Shown here piece by piece: positions 1 to 10,084 of a DNA stretch of 27,832 nucleotides. Made by a program: the position numbers and the translations under genes. The notes below the pieces were generated by a model. That model was not told where the DNA came from, made no database searches, and saw only the letters and a list, made by a program, of their open reading frames with translations. Numbering within the stretch: the stretch's first letter is position 1; the number at the start of each line of letters is the position of its first letter. The DNA lies in IMG/VR virus record IMGVR_UViG_3300032327_000778; one strand, written 5' to 3'. The DNA is from an uncultured virus (IMG/VR IMGVR_UViG_3300032327_000778) (taxonomy: Duplodnaviria; Heunggongvirae; Uroviricota; Caudoviricetes).

Positions 1-1102
1 AACTAAGCGAATTTATGGAGATGCCTTCGCTAAAGATTTGCCGGCTACCAGCAATGCACATTTTTTCTTTTGTGAGTAATTGCTGCTTGATTTGTTGACG
101 TTGTTCAAAATTGGTTTCGCCAGTAACCAGCACACACGTTTCTCCAACATATTCCTTTACCTTTTGTAAAAATCCAACTCTGTCTGCAATAACTAAAACT
201 TGATGACCAAGTACTACTTGAATTTTTGCTAGTTGTGAAATAAATGCTTGATAGTCTTCGTCCTCAGTGAGTGCGTTAATTTTTTCTACCCAGGTTGCAC
301 CAGGTTTAAGAGTAATACCCGTTTGTATTAATTTAACTTCTGGATTTAGCGTATGTGATTGTGGTGGTTTGTATACTTTACTACCAAAAAAATCTGGAAA
401 CATTATGTGTTTTCCGTCTTTTCTGTTCATAGTGCCACTAAGTGCTATTCTATAACGAGCATGAAAATCGTCTATTAACTGTGAAAAAGTATTAGCAGGA
501 CAATGATGCGCTTCATCCAAAATTATAGTACCAAATTCTTTGGCTAGTTTAGCACTGTGTTTTACTAGAGTTTGAACATTGGCTACTGTAATAGCATGAT
601 CTTCCCAATCTAGTTTGCCACCACCAATAACGCCTACTTGCATACCAAATAGTGTTTCTACTTCTTCAATCCACTGGTCTCGTAGTGCTGTGGTGTGCGT
701 AACAACCAATGTTTTTTGCCCCAGTTTCCTAGCCACGTGTAGGGCTGTAAAAGTTTTGCCCCAGCCCACAAGAGCATTGATAAAACAAGTATCTGTAATT
801 TCTTCATATACTGCCAATTGTGAATCGCGTAGGGGAAATTTTGGCTCTGGAAATGGAGCCGGTAAAATTATGCGTTTGTCTACAATTTCATAGTTACTAG
901 GTATTAAATCTAATCTACCTTGCGGTATACTTAAAATGCCTTTAGGCAACAATTTATAGTTTCTGATAGTTTCTACTGTACTAAATTGTTTACTACCAGT
1001 GTCTTTATGAATTTTATAGGTAAGTGTTTTTATTATACGTTTAGATTCTTCTACACCTGGATTGTCCAAGTAAATTCTGTTACTTATAATTGCTTTTGCC
1101 AT
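1..1102 (-). CDS. D10: SF2 DEAH-box helicase, T5 D10-like (runs off the window start; not in the ORF track)
   Basis: Manual translation from ATG at 1102 (TAATG overlap with the upstream stop): MAKAIISNRIYLD...ALVGWGKT (Walker A)...IILDEAHH (motif II)...LSGT (motif III). Position downstream of pol matches T5. Confidence 0.93.
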   Translation of the reverse strand, partial: MAKAIISNRIYLDNPGVEESKRIIKTLTYKIHKDTGSKQFSTVETIRNYKLLPKGILSIPQGRLDLIPSNYEIVDKRIILPAPFPEPKFPLRDSQLAVYEEITDTCFINALVGWGKTFTALHVARKLGQKTLVVTHTTALRDQWIEEVETLFGMQVGVIGGGKLDWEDHAITVANVQTLVKHSAKLAKEFGTIILDEAHHCPANTFSQLIDDFHARYRIALSGTMNRKDGKHIMFPDFFGSKVYKPPQSHTLNPEVKLIQTGITLKPGATWVEKINALTEDEDYQAFISQLAKIQVVLGHQVLVIADRVGFLQKVKEYVGETCVLVTGETNFEQRQQIKQQLLTKEKMCIAGSRQIFSEGISINSLS

Positions 1103-1629
1103 TATACTAACCTGTGCGTTGCTTTAAATGCTTCATTATAAAATCCATATAATATATAGCCTAGGCCCCAGCGAAGTATGCCTGCATAGTATTGCTCTGG
1201 TTTAGGAGCATACATACACTTAAATCGCTGAGGTAGACCATCCACTTCTACTATAGCACCCATACCATTAAGCGGCAAAACTTTTTTAATCTTGTGCGCA
1301 GTCAGCTTGGCGCGACTAGATTTTCTGTACTGGAATATTTTTCCGCTATTATCAATAAACCAAGTTGTTTGTTTGGCTATTTTAATTAAATCGCCTAAAA
1401 AGTATACTGCTTGGCGTATAGGAAATAGTTTTGCGTCTACTATACTCAATCTACGCAAACCTAGTGTAGATCCTTGCACAGATTTATCATCTACAATACG
1501 TAAACCTACTTTAGTCTCTAGCGTGACCTTATCCACGTACTCTTTAGAGTAGTAGATAAGGTCATCCTCTTGAATTGGTTTATGTTCACCTAGTCTGAAT
1601 ACGGGCCAGCTTATCTCCAGTAAATTCAT
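1102..1629 (-). CDS. Conserved T5-like hypothetical protein between pol and D10
   Basis: ORF 1102..1668; the more plausible start is ATG 1629 (MNLLEISWPVFRLG). Syntenic with the T5 pol-hyp-D10 order. Confidence 0.75.
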   Translation of the reverse strand: MNLLEISWPVFRLGEHKPIQEDDLIYYSKEYVDKVTLETKVGLRIVDDKSVQGSTLGLRRLSIVDAKLFPIRQAVYFLGDLIKIAKQTTWFIDNSGKIFQYRKSSRAKLTAHKIKKVLPLNGMGAIVEVDGLPQRFKCMYAPKPEQYYAGILRWGLGYILYGFYNEAFKATHRLV

Positions 1630-3877
1630 AAGTAGCCCTAAAATCTCCAAAACTATAGTCGTCGCCAATGTCTTGATCTACACCAATAGGTGTACCAGCA
1701 ATACTACAACCATGATTGTGCTGAGTATTTAGTTTAAGTATTTTACAGTAATTATCTACATGATCTTCTCTAACTATGGCTACAATAGAGTCATGCACAA
1801 GCATAAAAATCTTTGCATCAAGACCCTCTTGCACAATATGTCTAGCAGTTCGCATAGCTGCAAGCAAGTTAACGTCACTGGCTAGTGACTGTACTTCGGC
1901 ATTAATACCGCTACGTATTTCATGTGCTGCAATACCTTTATCGCTACTAAATACATTAGGCAACCTACGTTTGCGGCCAAAAAATGAATAAGTAAATCCA
2001 TTTTGCTCAATAAAGTCTTTGCGTTCATCAAGCCAGTGTTTTAGCTTGTTAAATTTGGTAAAGTAAGCACGAATATCCTCTTTAGCCTGTTCAACTGGAT
2101 ATACTTCGCCAGTAGCTTTTGATACAGTTTGCGAAACTTTACTTGGGCCACTGCCGTAAAGAATACCAAAACTGATTGCTTTAGCACTTTGTCGCATACT
2201 AGGATAGCGTTTTTTAACTTCTTCTACAGGGCACGGCAAGTTAAAAACCATTTTAGCAATTGTGCTATGAAAATCGCCGCCGCTAGAAAAAACTTGTTGT
2301 AGATTTTTATCTGCACTAAGCACTGCAGCATAATACATTTCTGCAGTAGCTAAGTCTTGTGAGACTATTTTGTATCCAACTGGTGCACGAATGCAGCCTT
2401 TGATGATTGGATTGTCGCGTGGAATCTGCTGAGCGTTAAATTTGCCACTACTAGACAACCGGCCACTAGTGGTAAAAATAAGATTAAAATTTGTACGAAT
2501 TCGCCCATCTTTGTTTAGTTCCGGTAAGATTTTTTGAATATAGGTATTTTGAATTTTACTTAATTGACGCACTTTTAAAATTGCACCAGGCAATTCATGT
2601 TCTTCTGCAAGTTGTGCTAAAACTTCTGCATCAGTTGAAATAGCGCCAGTGCCAGTTTTCTTGCCAGTTGGTTCTAGGCCCAAATAGTCAAATAGCACTT
2701 CTCGTAGCTGCATTACGCTATTAGGATTAAAAATTTTGCCACTAGCTTGCTCAAATTGTTTTACTGCATCAAAACTAAATACCACTTCTTTAGCACGTTG
2801 AATTTCGTCCTCAAGATACAAGTTAGCCCTTTGCATACGATCTTTACAGATTGGAATACCCACTTCTTCCATATCCATAAGAAACAGTGTACCATCTACC
2901 AGCAAATTTTTATAAACCCACCATAGTTTTTGATTAGCCTGTAGGATTGGCAAAAACTTGTGAAATAGCTCGTAAGTTACTGCTGTGTCAATACTAGCAT
3001 ATTCGCTGATAATGTCAAACGGAATAAGATCATAGCTAAAGTTTTCTTGAAGAATTCCGTGCTGTGAACAATAGTCCCGCTTAAATTCATCTAGTGCACT
3101 ATCATAGTCGCCGTAGTCAGTGTATTTTAATGCCAATTGTTTTAAACCATGACTATCAGTCTCATCCAGGGCATAGTGCATAACCATAGTATCATGCACT
3201 TTAGCTCTGTTAAAATCAATGCCAAGATGATATTTAATCATCTTGTAGTCAAATTTCATATTATGAAAGATAGTCTGAAAATCATTAGCAATTTGTTGCA
3301 ATAGTGCTAAACACTCCTCATCCATACAGTCTGTAAGAATGTATCGGCCCTGCTTGGCCTTGTAGGTTAGCGAAACTCCAAGCACGTATCCATCACGTGG
3401 ATATAGTGCAGTTGTTTCCGTATCCCAAGCTACATAACCTTGGGCATTTGCCAAGATTTCTTGCAAGTAGGCTTTGGCTTGGTCTGTGTCATCAATACCA
3501 GCAAAATCACCAGTAGTAGGTGCAGCAACACTATCATTATAATACTTAAGAATCTTATCTACAGCTCGTTGAAAATCAGGTTTGCCTTCGGGTTTAAATG
3601 CCAGCATAGCTGGATTTGTAATACACACAAATTTTTCATTTACTAGCTGACCAGCATAGTTTGTTACACTGGTAACCTTAGCATATTCTTTAGCTGCTTC
3701 AGCGCCTACCAAGATGATAAGATCATATGGTTTAGGGTCGAACTCAAGTGTAACATCTTTTTTCAGTAATTTTGTAATAGGAACCTGACTCATATGAAAG
3801 TGATCAAATTCAAATGGAAAATGATCAGCATATCTGGTACGATTAGGTGCTTTATCAATAAGTGCAACTTTTTTCAT
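1586..3877 (-). CDS. pol: Family A DNA polymerase with 3'-5' exonuclease, T5 type
   Basis: ExoI WDTETT, ExoII FHNMKFD, ExoIII YASIDT, TTSGRLSS, motif A DLATAE, motif B RQSAKAISFGILYG, motif C VHDS. Confidence 0.97.
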   Translation of the reverse strand: MKKVALIDKAPNRTRYADHFPFEFDHFHMSQVPITKLLKKDVTLEFDPKPYDLIILVGAEAAKEYAKVTSVTNYAGQLVNEKFVCITNPAMLAFKPEGKPDFQRAVDKILKYYNDSVAAPTTGDFAGIDDTDQAKAYLQEILANAQGYVAWDTETTALYPRDGYVLGVSLTYKAKQGRYILTDCMDEECLALLQQIANDFQTIFHNMKFDYKMIKYHLGIDFNRAKVHDTMVMHYALDETDSHGLKQLALKYTDYGDYDSALDEFKRDYCSQHGILQENFSYDLIPFDIISEYASIDTAVTYELFHKFLPILQANQKLWWVYKNLLVDGTLFLMDMEEVGIPICKDRMQRANLYLEDEIQRAKEVVFSFDAVKQFEQASGKIFNPNSVMQLREVLFDYLGLEPTGKKTGTGAISTDAEVLAQLAEEHELPGAILKVRQLSKIQNTYIQKILPELNKDGRIRTNFNLIFTTSGRLSSSGKFNAQQIPRDNPIIKGCIRAPVGYKIVSQDLATAEMYYAAVLSADKNLQQVFSSGGDFHSTIAKMVFNLPCPVEEVKKRYPSMRQSAKAISFGILYGSGPSKVSQTVSKATGEVYPVEQAKEDIRAYFTKFNKLKHWLDERKDFIEQNGFTYSFFGRKRRLPNVFSSDKGIAAHEIRSGINAEVQSLASDVNLLAAMRTARHIVQEGLDAKIFMLVHDSIVAIVREDHVDNYCKILKLNTQHNHGCSIAGTPIGVDQDIGDDYSFGDFRATYEFTGDKLARIQTR

Positions 3878-3894
3878 AAATTCTCCAATACTTT

Positions 3895-3923
3895 ATTATA
3901 GCGTATTCGGCTAGTAAAATCAA
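3895..3923 (-). promoter_or_regulatory. sigma70-type promoter for pol
   Basis: TTGATT-N17-TATAAT on the minus strand. Confidence 0.8.
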
Positions 3924-3924
3924 G

Positions 3925-4776
3925 TTATTTTTTAATATATTCACTAATGCTTTGTACATCAATCTGGTCTAGTTCGCCAGGATCCGTATCGTCCGGTAGT
4001 TTAATTATTTCTACAATAAATTCCGATTCTTCAATAATTGGTTTTATAATTTGTGCAGCTTTTCTGCCTGCCTCATCCCCATCAAATAATATGTATATGT
4101 GACTAACGCCTTGCGCTTTAAAAGGCAGTAATTTTAGTTTTGTATCTGCTTGCAATGTATTTGTACCAAACGTACAACTAACATTTCTTAAACCTTTGTC
4201 ATAAAGATTAAGCATATCAAATATTCCTTCCACAAGTACCAGACTTTTATAGCCTGCAGGTACTTGTGGTGGAAATAGTGGAAGTTGTACTTTACTAGGA
4301 TAATTTAGGTATCTGGGATTGCCATTTGACAAAGTGTGTCTGCCTACATAAGCAACCGTTTTTCCAGTTATATCTTTAATAGGAAATATAATTCTATCCG
4401 CAAGTTTTTCTACGTTGTGGGTGTAAAAAGCTTCAAAATATTTTAATGTTTGTTGACTAATTCCCCGAAAAGTTTTAGTATAAGGAGTAGCTCCTGCTGG
4501 AAGTTCTAGTCCTACTGCCCAGGTTTTTAACTCTTGTAACTTTTCTTTTAGCCTAGCAATTTTTATAGGTATAGGATTGGTAAAAACACCGTAATACTTG
4601 AATATATTGGTTTTAAACCCGCAACTAAAACAATGCGCTATTCCACTAATACGATCTACACGAAAGCTTGGGTTCGTGTCGGGATGCTCTGGATTTAAAC
4701 ATTTGATTAAGTAGTCTCGACCGGATACCTGATACTGTAATCCGTTTTTTTGAATCAAGTCTAAAACAGGATCCAT
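3925..4776 (-). CDS. pri: DNA primase (Zn finger plus TOPRIM), T5 type
   Basis: CLNPEHPD...HCFSCG zinc finger; LVEGIFD and FDGDEAG TOPRIM motifs. Start placed at ATG 4776, just after the helicase stop. Confidence 0.93.
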   Translation of the reverse strand: MDPVLDLIQKNGLQYQVSGRDYLIKCLNPEHPDTNPSFRVDRISGIAHCFSCGFKTNIFKYYGVFTNPIPIKIARLKEKLQELKTWAVGLELPAGATPYTKTFRGISQQTLKYFEAFYTHNVEKLADRIIFPIKDITGKTVAYVGRHTLSNGNPRYLNYPSKVQLPLFPPQVPAGYKSLVLVEGIFDMLNLYDKGLRNVSCTFGTNTLQADTKLKLLPFKAQGVSHIYILFDGDEAGRKAAQIIKPIIEESEFIVEIIKLPDDTDPGELDQIDVQSISEYIKK

Positions 4777-4778
4777 CT

Positions 4779-6161
4779 CTATGCGTCCCAAGGTAAATCA
4801 GTTGCGAGTTCTTGTGTTTGATTATCTTTTTTACCGCCTGCTTTTTTGACAGGTTCTTTTTTAGATGGGCGATCAATACTTTGGGGGGATATTCTGAGTG
4901 TGTCCCAATCAATAGGGCATGTAAAAGCCATCTCTTTTCCGCCCCTGATCTTTGTTGTTTCAAAACTAATTGCTTGTGCGTCTTTTTCATGTGCCTCCAT
5001 TACTAGTGCTATATCTGCTGCGTCTAAGATACCCTTGGCAAATCTAGCTTCACCAGTAGCGTCAATTTGATAGGGACTTACTATTACTATTTCGTATTTT
5101 CTAGCCAAATTTTTTAGTTTCTTTGAAACTTCAATTTGTGGTTGCCAGTCATACTGACTATTGCCTTCTAATACAATTTGATTAATATAGTCTACTACTA
5201 CAACACCCAGTTTATCACCAAATTTAGCTTTAGTTTTACCAATGTGTAGGTCAATAGCCCCTAGGGTCAAGTCTCTGTCATCTACAATAATCATTTGATT
5301 ATCTGGCTTTAGCTTAAAGTTTCTGATTAGTGTTTCTTCAAATTTAAATCTATCACGGTGTCGCAAGAAATCATCTACTAGTGATTCAGCGCCTTCAAAC
5401 ATTCCAGATCTAGCATTTACTACTCTTAGTAATTCTTGATCAGTTAGTTTATTTTGTTTGAGATTTTGCAAATTTACATTGGCTAAGATTGCCAGGTTTC
5501 TTTGCATAGTCTCATACGCGGTCATCTCAATAGAAAAGTAAAGACTACTATTTCCAGACTCATACTGATTAACAAAAATGTTACTACTAGTAATACTTTT
5601 ACCGCTACCCCTTTTGCCTCCAATGAGGATGAGTTCCTGTCTAGCCACACCACCAAGTACAGCATCAAAAGTATTATTAAGCCCAAGATAAACACGTTCT
5701 TTCTCCAATTCTTCGGGATGCTGAAACATCATAATATCGGCCATAGTAAAGACTTTTTCACTGGTATGTGTCTTTTCTTCAATTGTAAGTGCAATTGTGG
5801 CTAAATTTTCTTTTATTTCGTTTGAGTCGTAAAGTGGCAGTTTATCTATAAACTTGTCTATTAATTTTACTGTTTCGTTTTGTGTATACTGATCAATAAG
5901 CGCATCAAGGGCTATTTCAGCACTTACATCAGGAACTTCAGTTAGCTTTAATGTTGCTAGAGTTTTTGCTGCCGGACCTTCTCGCAGTGTAAGTTCTAGG
6001 TCATCAAAATTAGGAATAGCATTGTATTTTTCATAATGCTTATTGATAACACTATACAAGGACGAGTAAGCCGGGTCTAAAAACACTAGCTTCAATTTAG
6101 CCCAGATATCCAAGCTCTGCTCTTGAAGCAGCTTATTTAAGACTACGGCTGAAACATCCAT
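4779..6161 (-). CDS. D6: Replicative DnaB-like helicase (T5 D6)
   Basis: GGKRGSGKS Walker A, FSIEM, VVVDY Walker B; adjacent to primase. Confidence 0.92.
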   Translation of the reverse strand: MDVSAVVLNKLLQEQSLDIWAKLKLVFLDPAYSSLYSVINKHYEKYNAIPNFDDLELTLREGPAAKTLATLKLTEVPDVSAEIALDALIDQYTQNETVKLIDKFIDKLPLYDSNEIKENLATIALTIEEKTHTSEKVFTMADIMMFQHPEELEKERVYLGLNNTFDAVLGGVARQELILIGGKRGSGKSITSSNIFVNQYESGNSSLYFSIEMTAYETMQRNLAILANVNLQNLKQNKLTDQELLRVVNARSGMFEGAESLVDDFLRHRDRFKFEETLIRNFKLKPDNQMIIVDDRDLTLGAIDLHIGKTKAKFGDKLGVVVVDYINQIVLEGNSQYDWQPQIEVSKKLKNLARKYEIVIVSPYQIDATGEARFAKGILDAADIALVMEAHEKDAQAISFETTKIRGGKEMAFTCPIDWDTLRISPQSIDRPSKKEPVKKAGGKKDNQTQELATDLPWDA

Positions 6162-6162
6162 A

Positions 6163-6462
6163 TTAACCTACCTTAGATTCATTATCTATGATTACTTGGT
6201 CTACGATTTCTGTTACCTTATAAATAATTTGATCGCGTAACCGCTTAATATCTTGTTGATACCCACTACCACGATCAAATAACAAACTTAATTGTTCGTG
6301 TGTAATGAGTTGTTGTAATCCAAAATAGATATGATCATAGGCCATTGTAGACTCAGGCATTACTTCTACTTGAGCTAAACGACCATAGTTATGTACTGCT
6401 TGTTTTACTACTTCTTCGACAGTAAACGACTCAGAGTCGTGGTATGTAATTGTAACTTTCAT
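6163..6462 (-). CDS. Hypothetical protein
   Basis: 99-aa ORF filling the gap between D5 and D6, with 1-nt spacing to D6. Confidence 0.75.
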   Translation of the reverse strand: MKVTITYHDSESFTVEEVVKQAVHNYGRLAQVEVMPESTMAYDHIYFGLQQLITHEQLSLLFDRGSGYQQDIKRLRDQIIYKVTEIVDQVIIDNESKVG

Positions 6463-6479
6463 TTACTGGTTTCCAAAGT

Positions 6480-6515
6480 AAAAAAGGCCGGGAGCCTATA
6501 AAAACTCCCGGCCTT
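6480..6515 (-). terminator. Rho-independent terminator after D5
   Basis: AAGGCCGGGAG-loop-CTCCCGGCCTT followed by a T run on the minus strand. Confidence 0.85.
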
Positions 6516-6530
6516 ACTGCCTAATGACTA

Positions 6531-7277
6531 TTAAGCAGCAGCTTTTGCTTCTGCTTTGGCCTTTTTATCAGCGCCCTTATAGTCAGCAACATTGATGCCG
6601 CGACGGGTAAGCAGAGTACGCAGACCGCGCTCAGTTTTGTCAACTGCAGCTGCAATTTCTGCAACGGTCATGCTAGCGATACGCTCGCCAAGTGCCACGA
6701 TTGGATCAACTTGATCTTTAGCGTGTGACTCGCGCTGAGCAGGAATATTTGCAATCTGCCCTTTGCGAAGCAAGCTAAGCGCCTTGCCACGAACACTAGC
6801 AACGGTTTTGCCAAGTGCCTGAGCAATATCCTCAATATACTGACCGCGCTCAGCCATGGAAATGAACTTTGTCTCTTCAGCATCGGTATAGCTACGAGCA
6901 ACTTCTACTTTTTCAGCAGGTTTAACATTGCCGGTCAACTCAAGTGCAAGCAGTTTACCCTGAATTTGTTTAGCAGTAAACTTTCCGTCAGCAAAAGACT
7001 CGGCAATTTGTTTGTAAGTAAAGCGCCCAGAATTGCTGGTAACAAACTTAAACAATCCCTGACTTTCTTCGTCAGAAAATGCACTAACCTTTTCTTTAGC
7101 CATACTAGCGACTTCGCGATCAAGCTGACGCAGTTTAGCAGCTACACTACGGGTAGACACTTCCAATGCTTCAGCGGCCTCTTCAACTTTAACAACTGAT
7201 ACAGGGGACTCGCGTCCAACAATTGCAAGAAGGTTGGCAACGGCTTCGTCAGACCACTTTTTAGTTTTTTCAGTCAT
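6531..7277 (-). CDS. D5: T5 D5-like DNA-binding protein / transcription regulator (repeated HTH units)
   Basis: STRSVAAKLR, FTYKQIAESFADGKFTAKQIQGKLLALELT, KTVASVRGKALSL, GLRTLLTRRG..ADYKG resemble T5 D5; syntenic after ligB. Confidence 0.88.
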   Translation of the reverse strand: MTEKTKKWSDEAVANLLAIVGRESPVSVVKVEEAAEALEVSTRSVAAKLRQLDREVASMAKEKVSAFSDEESQGLFKFVTSNSGRFTYKQIAESFADGKFTAKQIQGKLLALELTGNVKPAEKVEVARSYTDAEETKFISMAERGQYIEDIAQALGKTVASVRGKALSLLRKGQIANIPAQRESHAKDQVDPIVALGERIASMTVAEIAAAVDKTERGLRTLLTRRGINVADYKGADKKAKAEAKAAA

Positions 7278-8031
7278 ATTTTTTCTCGTTTAAAAATTGT
7301 GATAAGTTTTCGATAATTGTAATGCCGAGTTGATCGGCTTTGGTACGTTTTGAGCTGCCTTTGTTATCTTCATCAACTAGATAATTAGTTTGTTTAGTTA
7401 CTGACTCAGTAACCTTAAATCCCATATCTTCTAGCGCTTTAGTGGCTTCCGCCTTGTTTTTAAATGAAGTTAATTTACCAGTTATGCAGACGCTTTCGGC
7501 ACTTACATTGGCTACTGGCTTATTGCTTGTTTTGAAAGAGAATGGCAAAAACTCCCTCATTTCTACAAAATCTGTCTCTAGCCAAGAGATTAGATTATTA
7601 GTAACTTTTTCTCCTAGACCTGCTTGCTTACACTGTTCTTGAGTAATATCATCAATGGAATCTACCACTTTAGCAATTTTTTGTGAAGCAGTGTTTCCTA
7701 CTAGTGGGATACTAAAAGCAGGTAGGATGGTTGCTAAATCACTGTGTCGAGACTTATCAATTTCATCTAACAATTTTACTGCGATTTTTTCACTACCCAA
7801 TGATGCAATAATTTGATCGAGTTCGAGATAGTAAATCTCAGTAATATCAGTTAGTTGAAGTTTCTCTAGTGTTTTAGCACCCATGCCTTTGATGCCTAAT
7901 GTTTTGCAAAAATGCTCCAACTTTTTGCCTAGCTGTGCGCTACAGGCTTGATTACGACAAAAAAGTTGGTCATTGACAAGCTCTAGTGTATAGTCGCAAC
8001 ACGGACAAGTAGTTGGAATTTTGATTTTCAT
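7270..8031 (-). CDS. ligB: NAD-dependent DNA ligase subunit B (Zn finger, HhH, BRCT)
   Basis: PTTCPCC...FCRNQAC zinc finger, IKGMG HhH, VCITGKL...SVTKQTNYLV BRCT. Confidence 0.92.
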   Translation of the reverse strand: MKIKIPTTCPCCDYTLELVNDQLFCRNQACSAQLGKKLEHFCKTLGIKGMGAKTLEKLQLTDITEIYYLELDQIIASLGSEKIAVKLLDEIDKSRHSDLATILPAFSIPLVGNTASQKIAKVVDSIDDITQEQCKQAGLGEKVTNNLISWLETDFVEMREFLPFSFKTSNKPVANVSAESVCITGKLTSFKNKAEATKALEDMGFKVTESVTKQTNYLVDEDNKGSSKRTKADQLGITIIENLSQFLNEKKYD

Positions 8032-8057
8032 TGGGCTTTTTTCAAATTCAATAATGT

Positions 8058-8086
8058 ATTATACAGTATTAAGCAGTGCGTTTCAA
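8058..8086 (-). promoter_or_regulatory. sigma70-type promoter between ligA and ligB
   Basis: TTGAAA-N17-TATAAT. Confidence 0.8.
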
Positions 8087-8097
8087 GTCTAAATTTT

Positions 8098-9051
8098 CTA
8101 TGCCTCTACCTTGTGTAAGACGCAGGGAATAATTTCTCCTGCCCTGATAATGGCAACGGTGTCTCCGATCTCCAGGCCTAGTGCTTCAATGAATCCTGGA
8201 TTGTTGAGTGTGGCTCGGCTTACCATAGCATCGCCTACTAATACTGGCTCTAGGATTGCTACTGGTGTTACTTTGCCACTTTTGCCAACCTGCCATTCAA
8301 CATCTAACAACTTAGTCTCCACGTGTTCAGCGCGTTCTTTGCGAGCATAAGCACCGCGAGGGTGTTTGCTGGTATAGCCCAACTCCTCAAACTGATGATT
8401 ATTGTTGAGTCTAAAAACTACACCGTCCGTAGGATAGATTTTTTCTAAATCAGTTTCTTGAACAGTATTAAAGCCAAATCGTTTAAGCATCAACATATCT
8501 GCATCATAGGTTTGACCTACAAATGGCTGAACACCATATGCAAAAAAACTAATTGCTCTGGTAGCAAACTCAGTGACATCTTTAAGATTTAATGCACCAG
8601 CAGCATAGTTACGAGCATTTGGAATGTGACTTGGGGCTACAATCTCGCCAGTAACTTGTAGCACGCCCGAGTGTCTAATAGTGTGCGGAACTAAACTAGT
8701 GCTGCTAAGCAACTTGTCAGTAATTACTTGACCCTCTACTCCATCACCACGAGTAAGTGCTTGCACTAGCTGGCCATCTACATACAATAGGCTAATAGCA
8801 GCGCCGTCTAGCTTAACACTCATAGTAACGTCACCCATGCCAGCTATGGGATTAGGCTTGCCTTCATCCTCATAGTGCTTTTGGAGTGAATACATAGGAT
8901 AGTAATGCTTGGCTTTAGCACCTTGAACTTGTGCACCTACTGCTGAATACTTAATAGCATCAGCTAGGCGATCAAATTGCTCGTCACTAATAATAGGAAA
9001 GCCTGCATAATAAGCCTGGCTTGCTGCGTCTAGGTATTGTTTAATAGTCAT
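8098..9051 (-). CDS. ligA: NAD-dependent DNA ligase subunit A (adenylation plus OB domain)
   Basis: YY.G.PIISDEQFD, MYSL, KLDG, TRGDGVEG, TDGVV, WQVGKSGKVTPVA, RAGEIIP. Confidence 0.95.
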   Translation of the reverse strand: MTIKQYLDAASQAYYAGFPIISDEQFDRLADAIKYSAVGAQVQGAKAKHYYPMYSLQKHYEDEGKPNPIAGMGDVTMSVKLDGAAISLLYVDGQLVQALTRGDGVEGQVITDKLLSSTSLVPHTIRHSGVLQVTGEIVAPSHIPNARNYAAGALNLKDVTEFATRAISFFAYGVQPFVGQTYDADMLMLKRFGFNTVQETDLEKIYPTDGVVFRLNNNHQFEELGYTSKHPRGAYARKERAEHVETKLLDVEWQVGKSGKVTPVAILEPVLVGDAMVSRATLNNPGFIEALGLEIGDTVAIIRAGEIIPCVLHKVEA

Positions 9052-9680
9052 AGGTTAATCGCAAACTCACAAAGAAGTTCATTATGCCAGCCACCATGCC
9101 AGTAGTCAAGCTCGTCTAGATCATACCACCACTGTTCGCTTTCTGGATGACAACCAATCAAACCCAAATTACCCTGATAGATAGCCATTGCATCACCGTT
9201 CTGGTAAGTAGCCATAACATCACAGTCTTTGGTTCGGCCAATAAAAGCACAGCCATCGTAAAAATACATATCTTCGTACTGATCGCCCCACAGCACTTCC
9301 GCTGTGGTTGGGCCTTCTTGGACAATTTCAGCGCCGGGGCGATTAATATATTGTACAGGTTCTACTTCCCACAACAAATCAAAGTAATTTGCACCGGCCC
9401 AGTAAGCACCCATGCATATGCCTAGATACTTGCCGCCGTCTTGAACATAGTCACGAACTGTTTCAATGTGTTCATCTGTAAAAATAACATCGAATTCATC
9501 AGCATCGCCAATACCGCCTGGAAATGCAAGAATATGTACTGTACTCAAGAAGTGTTCGGTAAGATCCTCGATACCAAATAGTTTGACCGTAAAGTGTTCT
9601 TGAAAAGCAGCTTCCATAGCCAGCGCACATTCAACTTCACAAACAGGATCATGAACAAAAATAGCAACGGTTTCTTTCAT
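9048..9680 (-). CDS. Class I glutamine amidotransferase-like protein (BPL_N-like)
   Basis: FPGG, GGKYLGICMGAY nucleophile elbow, GCHPE His-x-Glu. Confidence 0.8.
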   Translation of the reverse strand: MKETVAIFVHDPVCEVECALAMEAAFQEHFTVKLFGIEDLTEHFLSTVHILAFPGGIGDADEFDVIFTDEHIETVRDYVQDGGKYLGICMGAYWAGANYFDLLWEVEPVQYINRPGAEIVQEGPTTAEVLWGDQYEDMYFYDGCAFIGRTKDCDVMATYQNGDAMAIYQGNLGLIGCHPESEQWWYDLDELDYWHGGWHNELLCEFAINL

Positions 9681-9705
9681 AGTATTTCCTCAGTAAATAT
9701 AATAT

Positions 9706-9734
9706 ATTATACCAGTTTAAACTGACAAAATCAA
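9706..9734 (-). promoter_or_regulatory. sigma70-type promoter
   Basis: TTGATT-N17-TATAAT. Confidence 0.8.
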
Positions 9735-10084
9735 GTGTTTTTTTCTAAAATCTGTTGAGCATAGGTTTTAATAATTTCTTCACCCTCTGCCTTACTACAA
9801 ATATCAAGTAATCCATCTAGTAAAGCATATATGTTTTCTAGTGATGCAGGAATACTTACGCCCTCACGACTAGCAATCCAGTTGCCTTCATAACTTAAAA
9901 AGTATTTTCTTAGCTGCAAGTAAGTAGTTTCCTTAAAATCGTTAACTACTAACTTAATCTGAAATCCTTTTTCTAGATTTTCTTCAATTAGTTTTTCGTA
10001 TAATATATTGCTGTCCATTTGTTTAGACAAGCTCCATAAATTAATAGGTCCAAATTTAAGCTCAGGCCAATCTATATTAGACAT
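9731..10084 (-). CDS. PC4/p15-like ssDNA-binding protein, T5 type
   Basis: LVVNDFKETTYLQLRKYF..EGNW.ASREGVSIP matches the PC4 fold pattern. The start could alternatively be ATG 10018. Confidence 0.78.
   Translation of the reverse strand: MSNIDWPELKFGPINLWSLSKQMDSNILYEKLIEENLEKGFQIKLVVNDFKETTYLQLRKYFLSYEGNWIASREGVSIPASLENIYALLDGLLDICSKAEGEEIIKTYAQQILEKNT

Noticed and set aside
267..893. Plus-strand ORFs 267-455 and 615-893, and the other short plus-strand ORFs up to 25676
   Set aside because: They are antisense shadows of well-supported minus-strand genes and show no recognisable motifs.
7270..9051. Split ligase as a pseudogene or a novelty
   Set aside because: A two-subunit NAD-dependent ligase is an established T5 feature and both halves are intact.
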